Part shown: piece by piece, positions 1 to 11,000 of the stretch
Layout: every line of letters begins with the position of its first letter
Position numbering within the stretch: the first letter of the stretch is position 1
DNA from: Vibrio vulnificus CMCP6
Lineage (GTDB): Bacteria > Pseudomonadota > Gammaproteobacteria > Enterobacterales > Vibrionaceae
Assembly: GCF_000039765.1 (NCBI RefSeq)
Contig: NC_004459.3
Location: 3,046,104-3,078,103, forward strand
Direction of reading: 5' to 3'
DNA: 32,000 bases
The notes under the pieces: generated by a model
What the model was told of the DNA's origin: nothing
Seen by the model: only the letters and a program-made list of their open reading frames with translations
Databases searched by the model: none
Program-made: the position numbers and the translations under genes

Positions 1-315
1 GTTCAATGGTCAAGCCGGAACGAGAGATCAAATTTTGATGTATGCGAATGGCGCGATCAACTTCCCCTCTAGAACGGAAGAGATTTCCTAATGCCAGATG
101 AGTATCAATCGTGTCGTTATCGACTTGAAGCAACTCAATAAAGTGATCTACCGCTTTGTCCGATTGATCAGACAGCAGTAAGTTCAGCCCCGTCACATAT
201 TGTTGAGAGATCTGATTGGAGTGCTTCTGCTTGTCATCCTGTGCACTGCGATGGCCCATATACCAACCATACGCAGCGGCAATAGGAAGTAACAAGAAGA
301 GTAATTCAAGCATTA
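1..315 (-). CDS. lapB: LapB (YciM) lipopolysaccharide assembly protein, N-terminal part; gene continues beyond the window start
   Basis: Minus-strand reading from ATG at 315: MLELLFLLLPIAAAYGWYMGHRSAQDDKQKHSNQISQQYVTGLNLLLSDQSDKAVDHFIELLQ; N-terminal TM plus TPR-like start, directly downstream of lapA. Not in ORF track because it is truncated. Confidence 0.9.
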
Positions 316-328
316 AACCGATTCGCCC

Positions 329-595
329 TTACGCTTGTTTTTCGACCTGTGTGCTTTGCTTTTTGATCTGTTTGTTTAGCTTTCTGATTTTTAATCGCAT
401 CTTAAACTGCAAGCTAGCAAAAATAGCCCATGCTAATGCAAAGCCTGCGACAAACACACCGCCCAGCAAAGTGGACAAATGAAAATCCCCTTTTGCCAGT
501 AAGTAGTTGAAAGTAACAACTTCTTGATTCTGAGAACCTAACGCCAGTGCAATAAGAAAGAGAGCTATTACAGCAATGATTTTTATAATTTTCAT
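329..595 (-). CDS. lapA: LapA (YciS) inner membrane protein
   Basis: 88 aa, two hydrophobic segments, GSQNQEVVTFNYLLAKGDFHLSTLL motif typical of LapA/YciS; gene order ihfB-lapA-lapB. Confidence 0.9.
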   Translation of the reverse strand: MKIIKIIAVIALFLIALALGSQNQEVVTFNYLLAKGDFHLSTLLGGVFVAGFALAWAIFASLQFKMRLKIRKLNKQIKKQSTQVEKQA

Positions 596-681
596 CTGTC
601 ATCACCTTGAAGATATCAGCCGATACAATTATGCAGGAAAACCCACCTGCCGACCACGGATAATAACAATTATCTGACGAT

Positions 682-714
682 AAAAAAGCGGCATACTCTA
701 GGTATGCCGCTTTT
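682..714 (-). terminator. Rho-independent terminator downstream of ihfB
   Basis: 13-bp perfect stem AAAAGCGGCATAC (684-696) / GTATGCCGCTTTT (702-714), 5-nt loop, followed on the minus strand by a T run. Confidence 0.85.
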
Positions 715-733
715 AAATCACGATTTATGTAAA

Positions 734-1015
734 TCAGCCAATGTTTACGCGCTCGCGCAACTCTTTACCAGGCTTGAAGTGCGGTACGTATTTACCTTCT
801 AGTTCCACTTTATCGCCAGTCTTTGGGTTACGACCAACACGCGGTTCACGGTAATGAAGCGAGAAACTACCGAAACCACGAATCTCGATACGATCACCGC
901 TTTCTAAGGTTGAAGCCATATGCTCCAAAATATCTTTGACAGCATCTTCTATCTCTTTGGCTGAAAGATGTGTCTGTTCAGCGCAGAGTCTTTCAATCAG
1001 TTCAGACTTAGTCAT
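734..1015 (-). CDS. ihfB: Integration host factor subunit beta
   Basis: [90 protein letters not shown]; HU/IHF family. Start set to internal ATG (1015) rather than the track's upstream start at 1066. Confidence 0.96.
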
Positions 1016-1225
1016 AGTTTCCCTCTTCGAGTCATTTTTATCACTTATTATAGTAAGTAATATCAATTACACCAAATACTTGCTACAAATTGTAGTGAAA
1101 AATCCGCTACTTGGATGTAATCCTTTTGGGGAAATTTCATTTAAGCCCCAGCTAAAAGCTAAGCGGCAATATTCAGTGGAATTACTACTACATTCACCAT
1201 TAAAACTTATAGCAGACTTTCGTGT

Positions 1226-1255
1226 AAAAAAAAGGAGCCTTTCGGCTCCTTTTTT
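1226..1255 (-). terminator. Rho-independent terminator downstream of rpsA
   Basis: GGAGCC-TTTC-GGCTCC hairpin flanked by A and T tracts at 1226-1255, immediately after the rpsA stop. Confidence 0.85.
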
Positions 1256-1265
1256 AAGACGTCTA

Positions 1266-2936
1266 TTATTCGCCTTTAGCTGCTTTGAAAGCGTCAGCCA
1301 TAGCATTACCAAACGCAGCTTCGTCAGCTTTGTTGATGCTTGCCATTGCTTCTTGCTCTTCAGCTTCGTCTTTCGCTTTGATTGAAAGGTTGATTACACG
1401 GTTCTTACGGTCAACACCAGTAAATTTCGCTTCAACTTTATCACCAACGCTTAGGATCAGTGTTGCGTCTTCAACGCGGTCACGTGAAACTTCAGACGCG
1501 CGGATGTAACCTTCTACGCCATCTTCTAGCTCGATAGTTGCGCCTTTAGCGTCAACTGCAGTTACAGTACCGTTAACTAGAGCACCTTTCTTGTTGTCAG
1601 CAACGTAAGCATTGAATGGGTCGTTTTCCATTTGCTTGATGCCTAGAGAGATACGCTCACGCTCTGCGTCTACTGCTAGAACTACTGCAGAGATTTCGTC
1701 GCCTTTCTTGAATTCGCGAACCGTTTCTTCGCCAGCTACGTTCCAAGAAATGTCAGATAGGTGAACAAGACCGTCGATACCACCGTCTAGACCGATGAAG
1801 ATACCGAAGTCAGTGATTGACTTGATCTTACCAGTTACTTTATCGCCTTTAGCTTGAGCTTCAGCGAATGACTGCCATGGGTTAGCTTTACACTGTTTCA
1901 GACCTAGAGAGATACGACGACGTTCTTCGTCGATTTCAAGAACCATAACCTCAACTTCGTCGCCAACATTAACAACTTTAGATGGGTGGATGTTCTTGTT
2001 AGTCCAATCCATTTCAGAAACGTGTACTAGACCTTCAACGCCTTCTTCGATTTCAACGAAACAGCCGTAGTCAGTTAGGTTAGTTACGCGACCAGATAGT
2101 TTGTGACCTTCTGGGTAACGCTTAGCGATTGCTACCCATGGATCTTCACCTAGCTGCTTAAGACCTAGTGAAACGCGAGTGCGGTCACGATCGAACTTAA
2201 GAACTTTAACTAGGATCTCGTCACCAACGTTAACGATTTCAGATGGGTGCTTAACGCGCTTCCACGCCATATCAGTGATGTGTAGAAGACCGTCAACGCC
2301 ACCTAGATCTACGAACGCACCGTAGTCAGTTAGGTTCTTAACGATACCTTTAACTTCAGAACCTTCTTGTAGAGTTTCTAGAAGCTCGTCACGTTCTACT
2401 GTGCTTTCAGATTCGATAACTGCGCGGCGAGATACAACTACGTTGTTACGCTTCTGGTCAAGCTTGATTACTTTGAACTCTAGCTCTTTGTTTTCTAGGT
2501 GAGCAGTGTCACGGATAGGACGTACGTCTACTAGAGAACCTGGAAGGAAAGCACGGATACCGTTTAGTTCAACAGTGAAACCGCCTTTAACTTTACCGTT
2601 GATGATACCAACAACAGTTGCAGCTTCTTCGTAAGCTTTCTCAAGAACGATCCAAGCTTCGTGACGCTTCGCTTTCTCACGAGAAAGTTGAGTTTCACCG
2701 AAACCGTCTTCTACAGCGTCCAGAGCAACGTCTACTTCAGAACCAACTTCAACTTCAAGTTCGCCAGCAGCGTTCTTGAACTGTTCAGCAGGAATTGCAG
2801 ACTCAGACTTAAGACCAGCGTCAACAAGAACGTAGCCGTTTTCGATAGCTACTACAGTACCTTTAACGATAGTACCTTGTTGGAATTCAGTCTCGTTTAG
2901 AAACTCTTCAAAGAGTTGAGCAAAAGATTCAGTCAT
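1266..2936 (-). CDS. rpsA: 30S ribosomal protein S1
   Basis: 556 aa with repeated S1 OB-fold modules (e.g. [38 protein letters not shown]; [14 protein letters not shown]). Confidence 0.98.
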   Translation of the reverse strand: MTESFAQLFEEFLNETEFQQGTIVKGTVVAIENGYVLVDAGLKSESAIPAEQFKNAAGELEVEVGSEVDVALDAVEDGFGETQLSREKAKRHEAWIVLEKAYEEAATVVGIINGKVKGGFTVELNGIRAFLPGSLVDVRPIRDTAHLENKELEFKVIKLDQKRNNVVVSRRAVIESESTVERDELLETLQEGSEVKGIVKNLTDYGAFVDLGGVDGLLHITDMAWKRVKHPSEIVNVGDEILVKVLKFDRDRTRVSLGLKQLGEDPWVAIAKRYPEGHKLSGRVTNLTDYGCFVEIEEGVEGLVHVSEMDWTNKNIHPSKVVNVGDEVEVMVLEIDEERRRISLGLKQCKANPWQSFAEAQAKGDKVTGKIKSITDFGIFIGLDGGIDGLVHLSDISWNVAGEETVREFKKGDEISAVVLAVDAERERISLGIKQMENDPFNAYVADNKKGALVNGTVTAVDAKGATIELEDGVEGYIRASEVSRDRVEDATLILSVGDKVEAKFTGVDRKNRVINLSIKAKDEAEEQEAMASINKADEAAFGNAMADAFKAAKGE

Positions 2937-3045
2937 TTATTTAATCTTCAAAAAATTAAACTTCCATGGGTATCCTACCGCATGGGGTTATTAACTTCGC
3001 CAATCATCATCCTTGCGATCGACGTTCTTACCTGCCTGAGTGAAA

Positions 3046-3726
3046 TTACTCAGCCAGCTTAGATTCGATATATTGTAGTGCCTTTTCGACCACTTCGTCG
3101 ATACTCATCGAGGTGGAATCTAGCACAAGCGCATCCTCAGCAGGGCGTAATGGTGCCACTGGGCGGTTACGATCTCGATCGTCACGCTCTTGGATCTCGC
3201 TTAAAAGGTCGTCAAATCTAACATCTAACCCTTTATCTTGCAACTGTTTAAGGCGACGATGTGCACGTTCTTCCGCGCTCGCATCAAGAAAGATTTTGGC
3301 TTTGGCATTTGGAAAAACAACCGTTCCCATATCACGGCCATCGGCCACCAAACCAGGAGCCGCTTCAAATGCTCTTTGACGACGCAGTAAAGCTTCACGA
3401 ACACGGGGTAATGCTGCCACTTTTGAAGCCGCCATGCCCGTTTCTTCTTTACGCAATTCTTTAGAGACATCCTCGCCTTCAAGAATCACTTTAACCAAGT
3501 CGCCTTCAGCAACAAACTGTACGTCCAAATGGGTGGCAAGTGGGACTAATGCATCTTCAGACTCTGTGTCTACGCCATGATGAATAGCAGCCAGTGCTAA
3601 TACACGGTAGATCGCACCAGAATCTAATAATTGAAAGCCGAGTTTCTTTGACAGCAGCATGCAAAGGGTACCTTTACCCGCACCACTTGGTCCATCTACG
3701 GTCACTACCGGAGTCTGAGACGACAT
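3046..3726 (-). CDS. cmk: Cytidylate kinase
   Basis: [41 protein letters not shown]; P-loop CMP kinase; location upstream of rpsA. Start chosen at ATG 3726. Confidence 0.96.
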   Translation of the reverse strand: MSSQTPVVTVDGPSGAGKGTLCMLLSKKLGFQLLDSGAIYRVLALAAIHHGVDTESEDALVPLATHLDVQFVAEGDLVKVILEGEDVSKELRKEETGMAASKVAALPRVREALLRRQRAFEAAPGLVADGRDMGTVVFPNAKAKIFLDASAEERAHRRLKQLQDKGLDVRFDDLLSEIQERDDRDRNRPVAPLRPAEDALVLDSTSMSIDEVVEKALQYIESKLAE

Positions 3727-3862
3727 GTTTTTCTCCACCTTTTGTTTTCTTTCTCGGGTTAATACCCAGTTTCAGAGGCGCGTATTATAAAGGGAATCGC
3801 TAATTGGGGCGAGGAGAAATCCCTAAGTAATCGATTACATCGACGATCTTATTGACCACAAT

Positions 3863-3893
3863 GAAAAACGGCGAAAGTAAGAACCTTCGCCGT
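3863..3893 (-). terminator. Rho-independent terminator downstream of sohB
   Basis: Stem ACGGCGAA (3868-3875)/TTCGCCGT (3886-3893) followed on minus strand by TTTTTC. Confidence 0.75.
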
Positions 3894-3918
3894 AATGATG
3901 ACTGCCTGTGCGTACGCA

Positions 3919-4980
3919 TTAAACAATGGGCTTTTGTCCACGCTCAGCCAGTTTAAGAATCACACTGTCTGCCACTTTTGCCGCGCTACCGGCTAGTTTA
4001 TCTGCCAGTTTTTTCTTTTGTACATAATGTACTGCCAGCACGGTTTTTTCTTTGCATGCCGCAACAATAAGATCATCAGAAGTCGCAATGTCATCCACTA
4101 ATCCTAACGCATGGGCCTGCGTTCCAAACCAGTGCTCCCCTGTTGCGACTTTTTCAAGCTCTAATTCAGGACGACGCTCACGAATAAAATCTTTAAACAG
4201 ATCATGCGTTTCTTCCAATTCTTGCTTAAATTTCTCACGAGCTTTGTCGGTATTTTCACCAAACATGGTTAAGGTGCGTTTGTATTCACCAGCGGTCATT
4301 TGTTCAAACTCAATATCATGCTTCTTTAATAGCTTGTTGAAGTTTGGGATCTGGGCAATGACACCGATTGAGCCAACGATGGCAAATGGAGCAGAAACAA
4401 TTTTATCCGCGACACAAGCCATCATATAACCACCACTGGCCGCCACTTTATCAACTGCAATCGTGAGCGGTAATCCCGCGGCTTTAATACGATCCAATTG
4501 TGACGAGGCCAAACCATAACCGTGAACCATGCCGCCGCCAGATTCTAAACGCAGCAATACTTCATCTCCTTCGCCTGCAACGGCTAGAATGGCGGTGATC
4601 TCTTCGCGTAATGATTTCACTTCTTTCGCATCGATACTGCCATTGAAATCCAATACAAACAGATGCGGTTCACGCTTGTGATCCAACTTACCTTCTTTGG
4701 CGGCTTTTTTTATCTCTTTTTCACGCAGCTTATCTTTTTCTTTTTCTTCCTTTTTCTCCGCTTTATGACGAGCTTTGAGATAAGCCTCATCGTGAAGATA
4801 ATGCTCTAAGTGTTCAACATTGCTCTTGTGCAACTCCGACAAGTCCGTAATTTCTAACTCGCCTTTAATTGCGGAAGATTTTCCACTCACAGATTTGGCC
4901 AGTATGAGTAACACGACAACGGCCACAATAAAGGTAACGACTTTCGCTAAAAACAAGCCGTAATCTAATAAAAATTCCAA
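3919..4980 (-). CDS. sohB: SohB inner-membrane peptidase, S49 family
   Basis: 353 aa; GSIDAKEVKSLREEI, LESGGGMVHGYGLASSQLDRI, KVAASGGYMMACVADKIVSAPFAIVGSIGVIAQ catalytic region of SppA/SohB peptidases. Confidence 0.95.
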   Translation of the reverse strand: MEFLLDYGLFLAKVVTFIVAVVVLLILAKSVSGKSSAIKGELEITDLSELHKSNVEHLEHYLHDEAYLKARHKAEKKEEKEKDKLREKEIKKAAKEGKLDHKREPHLFVLDFNGSIDAKEVKSLREEITAILAVAGEGDEVLLRLESGGGMVHGYGLASSQLDRIKAAGLPLTIAVDKVAASGGYMMACVADKIVSAPFAIVGSIGVIAQIPNFNKLLKKHDIEFEQMTAGEYKRTLTMFGENTDKAREKFKQELEETHDLFKDFIRERRPELELEKVATGEHWFGTQAHALGLVDDIATSDDLIVAACKEKTVLAVHYVQKKKLADKLAGSAAKVADSVILKLAERGQKPIV

Positions 4981-5101
4981 TGTAATATCCCCTAGAGTGT
5001 GAATTGGTGTATTGTAACCATCTTGTCACGATTACCAAGACTTTCCGTTGCATATCTGTTTGATTTTGCAACGCAGGATAGAACAAATAGAAATATAAGG
5101 A

Positions 5102-5854
5102 TTGAGCACAGTGGATTATTCAATCTCTACAGATGCCCTGAAAGATAAAGTTATACTGGTGACGGGTGCTGGTGCTGGCATCGGTCGTCAAGCTGCATTG
5201 ACCTACGCAAAACATGGTGCCACCGTAATTCTCTTAGGGCGCAACGTTAAGAACCTCGAATCCGTCTACGATGAAATAGAAGCCTCTGGTTACCCACAAG
5301 CGGCAATCATTCCTCTTGATCTCAAAGGTGCCACCAAACAAAACTACATCGATATGTCTGAAACCATTGAGGGCCAATTCGGTCGCTTGGACGGTTTACT
5401 GCATAACGCAGGCGTCTTGGGTACCTTAAGTCCTTTCGATCAAATCAGCGAAGAAGACTTTGATGACATCTTACAAATCAACGTCAAATCCGAATTTTTA
5501 ATGACCCAAGCGTTATTGCCATTGCTGCGTAAAGCACAAGCAGGTCGCATCATATTCACCTCATCCACCGTAGGCCATTCTGGCCGCGCATTTTGGGGCA
5601 CCTACGCCATTTCTAAATTTGCGGTTGAAGGGATGATGCAGATCCTAGCCGACGAATTCAGCAATTCTCCAATTCGTGTTAATGCTATTAATCCAGGTGC
5701 CACACGCACACGCATGCGTGAAAAAGCCTACCCTGGTGAGGATGCCAATACACTGAAAACACCCGCAGATTTGATGCCGCTTTATCTCCATTTAATGGAT
5801 CCTGCAACCACCGACGTGAATGGCCAATGCATTGATGCACAACCAAAGCGCTAG
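5102..5854 (+). CDS. yciK: YciK family short-chain dehydrogenase/reductase (start TTG 5102 or GTG 5111)
   Basis: KVILVTGAGAGIGRQAALTYAKHGATVILLGRN ... NSPIRVNAINPGATRTRMREKAYPGEDANTLKTPADLMPLYLHLMDP; SDR fold with YciK-type C-terminus. Confidence 0.9.
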   Translation: MSTVDYSISTDALKDKVILVTGAGAGIGRQAALTYAKHGATVILLGRNVKNLESVYDEIEASGYPQAAIIPLDLKGATKQNYIDMSETIEGQFGRLDGLLHNAGVLGTLSPFDQISEEDFDDILQINVKSEFLMTQALLPLLRKAQAGRIIFTSSTVGHSGRAFWGTYAISKFAVEGMMQILADEFSNSPIRVNAINPGATRTRMREKAYPGEDANTLKTPADLMPLYLHLMDPATTDVNGQCIDAQPKR

Positions 5855-5883
5855 CGCAGATTCTCGTTACTTCCACCGATTAG

Positions 5884-5908
5884 AAAGGCAGCAAACGCTG
5901 CCTTTTTT
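5884..5908 (+). terminator. Rho-independent terminator downstream of yciK
   Basis: AAAGGCAGC-AAAC-GCTGCCTTTTTT. Confidence 0.85.
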
Positions 5909-5956
5909 CATTTTCTGTACGATAAAAATCTTGCGCCTTTCTGTTAGTTAAATATA

Positions 5957-5972
5957 CTGTATGTATATACAG
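5957..5972 (+). promoter_or_regulatory. LexA-binding (SOS) box upstream of imuA-imuB-dnaE2
   Basis: CTGTATGTATATACAG: CTGT-N8-ACAG, in extended context TACTGTATGTATATACAGGTA, ending 10 nt before the imuA ATG. Confidence 0.93.
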
Positions 5973-5982
5973 GTATTTTATT

Positions 5983-6666
5983 ATGAAGAACATCATTCAG
6001 ACCTTAAAAAACCAACAGTTGATTTGGCACGCAAATTCAACAAGGTGCGCTAATGAATCTTGTTACCAAACTTCTGGTATTGATGAATTAGATAAACTGC
6101 TTGGCGGTGGATTCCCACAGCATGGTGTGGTGGAAATGGAATCTGCACTCGGCATCGGTGAATTACGCTTACTGGCTAATTATCTTAAACAGCAGCAGGA
6201 TCTGATCGTACTGATCCACCCCCCTGCAGTTTTGAATGCCGCCTTTTGGCGTAATATGGATTTTCCCTTAGCCAATTGTCTCGTGATCCATTCAGTGTCA
6301 ACCAAAGAAGCATTATGGGCCGCCGAGCAATGCCTAAAAAGCGGAGTGTGCCGTACCGTGCTCCTTTGGCAAGAAGAGATGGAGATTCACCAAGTCAAAC
6401 GCTTACAAGTGGCTAGCGAGCAAGGGGGTTGTGTACTGTTTATGTTCCGCCCTTATCAATCACATCGCCTTTCTTTACCACTGTCCTTAAGTCTGCGTCT
6501 TTCGCCTACCGAGCACGGCATACATGTCGAACTCTTAAAACGCCGAGGAGGATGGGGAAAAGGAGCGGTTGATATTGATTACCACAATCAGTATCCCCAC
6601 CTGACACTGGCAAGCCAAATCCCAAACCATACTGTCATTCCTTTTCCCGTCGCTATGCAGGGGTGA
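5983..6666 (+). CDS. imuA: ImuA (RecA/SulA-like) translesion synthesis accessory protein
   Basis: 227 aa; ...CYQTSGIDELDKLLGGGFPQHGVVEMESALGIGELRLL resembles the N-terminus of RecA/SulA-like ImuA proteins; first gene of LexA-box-preceded three-gene cassette with a Y-family protein and DnaE2. Confidence 0.88.
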   Translation: MKNIIQTLKNQQLIWHANSTRCANESCYQTSGIDELDKLLGGGFPQHGVVEMESALGIGELRLLANYLKQQQDLIVLIHPPAVLNAAFWRNMDFPLANCLVIHSVSTKEALWAAEQCLKSGVCRTVLLWQEEMEIHQVKRLQVASEQGGCVLFMFRPYQSHRLSLPLSLSLRLSPTEHGIHVELLKRRGGWGKGAVDIDYHNQYPHLTLASQIPNHTVIPFPVAMQG

Positions 6667-8066
6667 ACATGCATTTATGGTTATATCTGTCGTTTCCTCG
6701 ACTGCAAACAGACTCTATGCTAGTGACACAACATCCTCTTGCTGTGGTGCATCCTCAGTCACACCAAGTGCTTCAAATAAACGATTTGGCCTCAAATGCG
6801 GGTCTGGCTGTCGGTATGGGATTAGCCAGTGCTGCGACTCTTTGCTCCCAGCTACAAGTCATTGTTTATGATGAGAAGTTGGAACATCGCAAACTCAAAG
6901 AGATCGCACAATGGCTCTATTTTATGACGGCAGACCTCGTGTTAGATCCTCCGAGTGGCCTATGGGTTCGTGTCAGCCATATGCTGAATCTCTATCAAGG
7001 GCTTGATAATTACTGGCACACTCTCAGTGAGCACCTAGCGACACTGGCAGTCAGCTACCACGCTTCGACGGGGTTTTCTCCCCTATCGGCGAAATTACTG
7101 GCCAAAGCAGGGCATCCGCTCATTAGCGACAACCAAACTGAGCTACTCACAAAAGTAAAAAAGCACCCACTCACATTTAGCGAATTAAAAGCCACCACTA
7201 TCGAAAAACTGCAACGTATCGGTATTCATACATTCGATGCATTGCTGACGCTTCCTTTACAAGAGCTCGCACGACGTTTCGATATCGAACTGGTTAATTA
7301 CATTGGAAAGTTAACTGGTCAACTCAAGCACCCAGTGGACTTTTATCATCCACCTTCTCGTTTTAAACAGGAGTTAGAACTGCTGTTTGAGTTAGACAAT
7401 GTCCAATGGCTGGAAAAGCCGCTAGAGAAGCTATTTAGGCAGTTAGAGAGCTATCTCACCATTCGTAATAAAACCGCGCATGAGCTGCAACTCACCTTAT
7501 TTCAACGTAATGACTTAAGCAAGGCTATCTCTTTTCATTCCGCGCAAGGTGAATATCGTAGCCAACAATGGCAAAAGCTCTCCGCTCTAACGTTAGAATC
7601 CACGATTCTTCAGGCTCCCGTTACACGTCTGCAGCTAGAGGTCATCCGGGAAGGTGAGCCCAATGCTCACCCTACTGATCTCTTTTCTCATCGAACAGGG
7701 CAACTCTCTCGCCTCGAGTTGTACTCACTGTTGCAAGCAAAATTAGGCGCAGATTCCATAGCCACTTTGGGCTTGAATCATGATCCTAGACCTGAAAAAG
7801 CAACCCGTTACCAATCAACATTAACAGAACCCCCAAGCGAAGAGATTGAATGCCGACTACTACGCCCAAGTTTTTTACTCCCTGCTCCTGAGCCTTTGCA
7901 ACATCATGTTTCTTTGATACATGGCCCTGAACGTATTGTCAGTGGCTGGTGGGATGGCGATGAGATCATGCGCGATTATTTCATTGCGAGAACCGAGCAA
8001 GGCCAGTGGCTTTGGGTATTTCGCGATCAAAAAAAGCAGTGGTTTTTACACGGTTTATTTTGTTAA
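6663..8066 (+). CDS. imuB: ImuB, Y-family polymerase-like protein (DinB/UmuC-like)
   Basis: 467 aa, GTG start at 6663 overlapping imuA stop by 4 nt; N-terminal region WLYLSFPRLQTD..., ASNAGLAVGMGLASAATLC, HhH-like LQRIGIHTFDALLTLPLQELARRF and C-terminal DPRPEKA region as in ImuB. Confidence 0.9.
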   Translation: MNMHLWLYLSFPRLQTDSMLVTQHPLAVVHPQSHQVLQINDLASNAGLAVGMGLASAATLCSQLQVIVYDEKLEHRKLKEIAQWLYFMTADLVLDPPSGLWVRVSHMLNLYQGLDNYWHTLSEHLATLAVSYHASTGFSPLSAKLLAKAGHPLISDNQTELLTKVKKHPLTFSELKATTIEKLQRIGIHTFDALLTLPLQELARRFDIELVNYIGKLTGQLKHPVDFYHPPSRFKQELELLFELDNVQWLEKPLEKLFRQLESYLTIRNKTAHELQLTLFQRNDLSKAISFHSAQGEYRSQQWQKLSALTLESTILQAPVTRLQLEVIREGEPNAHPTDLFSHRTGQLSRLELYSLLQAKLGADSIATLGLNHDPRPEKATRYQSTLTEPPSEEIECRLLRPSFLLPAPEPLQHHVSLIHGPERIVSGWWDGDEIMRDYFIARTEQGQWLWVFRDQKKQWFLHGLFC

Positions 8067-8081
8067 GCAATTAAGGTCGTT

Positions 8082-11000
8082 ATGTTTTACGCTGAACTCT
8101 TTTGCCAAAGCAACTTCTCTTTTCTGACGGGGGCTTCTCACCCTGAAGAACTCATCGTGCAGGCGAATTTTTTAGGCTACCACTCGCTGGCGATCACGGA
8201 TGAGTGCTCACTGGCAGGCATCGTAAGAGCACACAGTGCCATTAAGCAACATCAACTTTCGGTCAAACAAATCGTCGGCAGCTTTTTTAAACTCAATACA
8301 GAATGTCAGTTTGTCTTGCTCTGCCCCAACCGCGAAGCCTACGCTGAATTATGTCGAATCATCACCAACGCTCGTCGACGTTGTGAAAAAGGCCAATACC
8401 AACTGTCACAGTGGGATGTCATGTCTCTAAAACATTGCTTGCTCATCTGGCTTCCGACAGGGCAAACGAGTGATGAACAATGGGCAACATGGCTTTCTCG
8501 TTATCAACAATCACGTCTTTGGCTTGGCTTACAACGCCATCTTCGCCATGATGATGAACATTACCTTCACCACTGCCAAACATTGGCAAACCAGTTTGAT
8601 TTGCCCATCACAGCCTGCGGTGGAGTATTAATGCACAGACCCGAGCGATTACCTCTACAGCACACGCTCACCGCCATTCGTCACGGTTGTACGGTAGAAC
8701 AACTGGGCACACAGTTATTGACCAATGCAGAGCAGTCTCTGCGTTCGGAGAAGAAACTCCGCAAGCTGTTCAAACCTCAGTGGCTCGCAGAGAGTCTGTA
8801 TATCGCCAGCCTATGCAGTTTTGACCTTGATAGTTTACGTTATGAATACCCAAGCGAGTTGATTCCTGATGGCTATACTCCCGACTCTTACCTCGAACAC
8901 CTTGTCGAACAAGGCAAAAAATTGCGCTTTCCAGAAGGGGTTCCCGACGCTATCGAGCAAACGATTCAAAAAGAGCTTGCTCTGATTAAAGAGCAAAAAT
9001 ACCCATTTTTCTTCCTCACTATCCATGACATTGTCATGTTTGCCAAACAGCAAGGCATTCTCTACCAAGGGCGAGGGTCTGCGGCCAATTCCGTCGTCTG
9101 CTATTGCTTACAGATCACCTCCGTTGACCCTAGACAGATCGCGGTACTATTCGAGCGTTTTATCAGTAAAGAGCGTGACGAGCCACCGGATATTGATGTT
9201 GATTTCGAGCACGAACGACGTGAAGAAGTCATTCAATATATCTATCAAAAGTACGGTCGCCAAAGGGCTGCGCTGGCAGCGACGGTTATCTCCTATCGTT
9301 TCAAAAGCGCCGTTCGACAGGTAGGAAAAGCCTTGGGTATCGAGGAAACACAGCTCGATTTTTTCTTGAAGAACATCAACCGTCGTGATCGCCAGGCTGG
9401 GTGGCAAGCGCAGCTCGTTGAACTGGGTTTGCAGCCCGACTCACTCAAAGGACAACACTTTATTCAGTTAGTCGAAGAAATCATTGGTTTTCCTCGTCAT
9501 CTTTCACAGCATGTTGGTGGGTTTGTTATCTCTTCTGGGCCACTATACGAACTGGTTCCAGTCGAGAATGCCGCCATGCCTGAGCGCACCATTATCCAAT
9601 GGGATAAAGACGATCTTGAGAGCCTAAAGTTACTGAAAGTCGATGTTCTATCTCTTGGTATGCTTACCGCAATCCGTAAGTGCTTCCTCTCGATTGAGCA
9701 ACATCATCAACAACGACTTTCTATTGCCGACATTACTCGCCGCCAAGATGACCAAGCCGTCTACAAGATGATTCAAAAAGCCGACACTATCGGCGTCTTT
9801 CAAATTGAATCTCGAGCACAAATGAGTATGTTGCCACGGCTTAAACCAGCGTGTTACTACGATCTTGTGATTCAGATTGCGATTGTTCGCCCAGGCCCGA
9901 TTCAAGGTGATATGGTCCACCCTTTTCTTAAAAGACGTGATGGAGAGGAGCCGATTAGTTATCCATCGGTACACGTCCAAGAAGTATTGGAACGAACACT
10001 CGGAGTGCCGATTTTCCAAGAACAAGTGATTAAATTAGCGATGGTGGCTGCGGGATTCAGCGGCGGAGAAGCCGATCAATTACGCCGCGCTATGGCGGCA
10101 TGGAAAAAAAACGGTCACGTCTTCAAGTTCAAAACAAAGTTAATCAATGGCATGTTGGAAAGAGGCTATGAGTTAGACTTTGCAGAACGTATCTTTGAGC
10201 AAATTTGTGGCTTTGGTGAATACGGTTTTCCAGAAAGTCACTCCGCTTCCTTCGCAGTTTTAGCCTATTGCTCTGCTTGGTTAAAACACTACTACCCCGC
10301 TGAGTTTTATACTGCCCTACTCAACAGCCAGCCCATGGGCTTTTATAGCCCATCCCAGCTGGTGCAAGATGCCAAAAGGCATGGTATTGCTGTGCTACCT
10401 ATCTGTGTCAATTTCTCTAATGCAGAACATCAACTGGTGAGGTTAACATCAGGCGAGTTAGCCATTCGCCTTGGTTTCAATCTGATCAAAGGGTTAAGCC
10501 ACGAAGGCATCACTCGCCTACTGACTCATCGACCCGCACAAGGCTACCAATGCATAAGCGAAGTGAAGCAAATCCTGCGTCAGGCAAAAGATATCCAGAG
10601 CCTTGCCTCTGCCAATGCTTTTTATCAATTGGCGGACAATCGTTATTTGGCTCGCTGGCAGGTGATGGACAACCTTGATGAACTGCCTTTGTTCCAAACG
10701 TTACCCAGCATAAGCAACAACCCTTTACCGAAGCCAAGCGATTATCAAAATGTATTAGAAGACTATGCGGCAACAGGGCTCTCTCTGGCTGAGCACCCCG
10801 TTGCTATGTTAGAAAAAGCGGGCGGCTTAACACGCTTTACGCGCGCCAACCAATTAAACCAATGCTCTCATCGCTCATTGGTGACGGTGATCGGACTGGT
10901 GACCGGAAAACAATCTCCCGGAACCGCAGCTGGTGTCACGTTTTTCACTCTCGAAGACGACACTGGGAATATTAATGTGGTGGTCTGGCAGGCAACCTCA

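Noticed and set aside
936-1385. 149-aa plus-strand ORF spanning ihfB start, spacer and rpsA end
   Set aside because: Overlaps certain genes and passes through the rpsA terminator; no family features.
4052-4429. 125-aa plus-strand ORF inside sohB
   Set aside because: Antisense to a well-supported peptidase gene, no recognisable domain.
9648-10025. 125-aa minus-strand ORF inside dnaE2
   Set aside because: Shadow of the dnaE2 reading frame; no start-site or family support.
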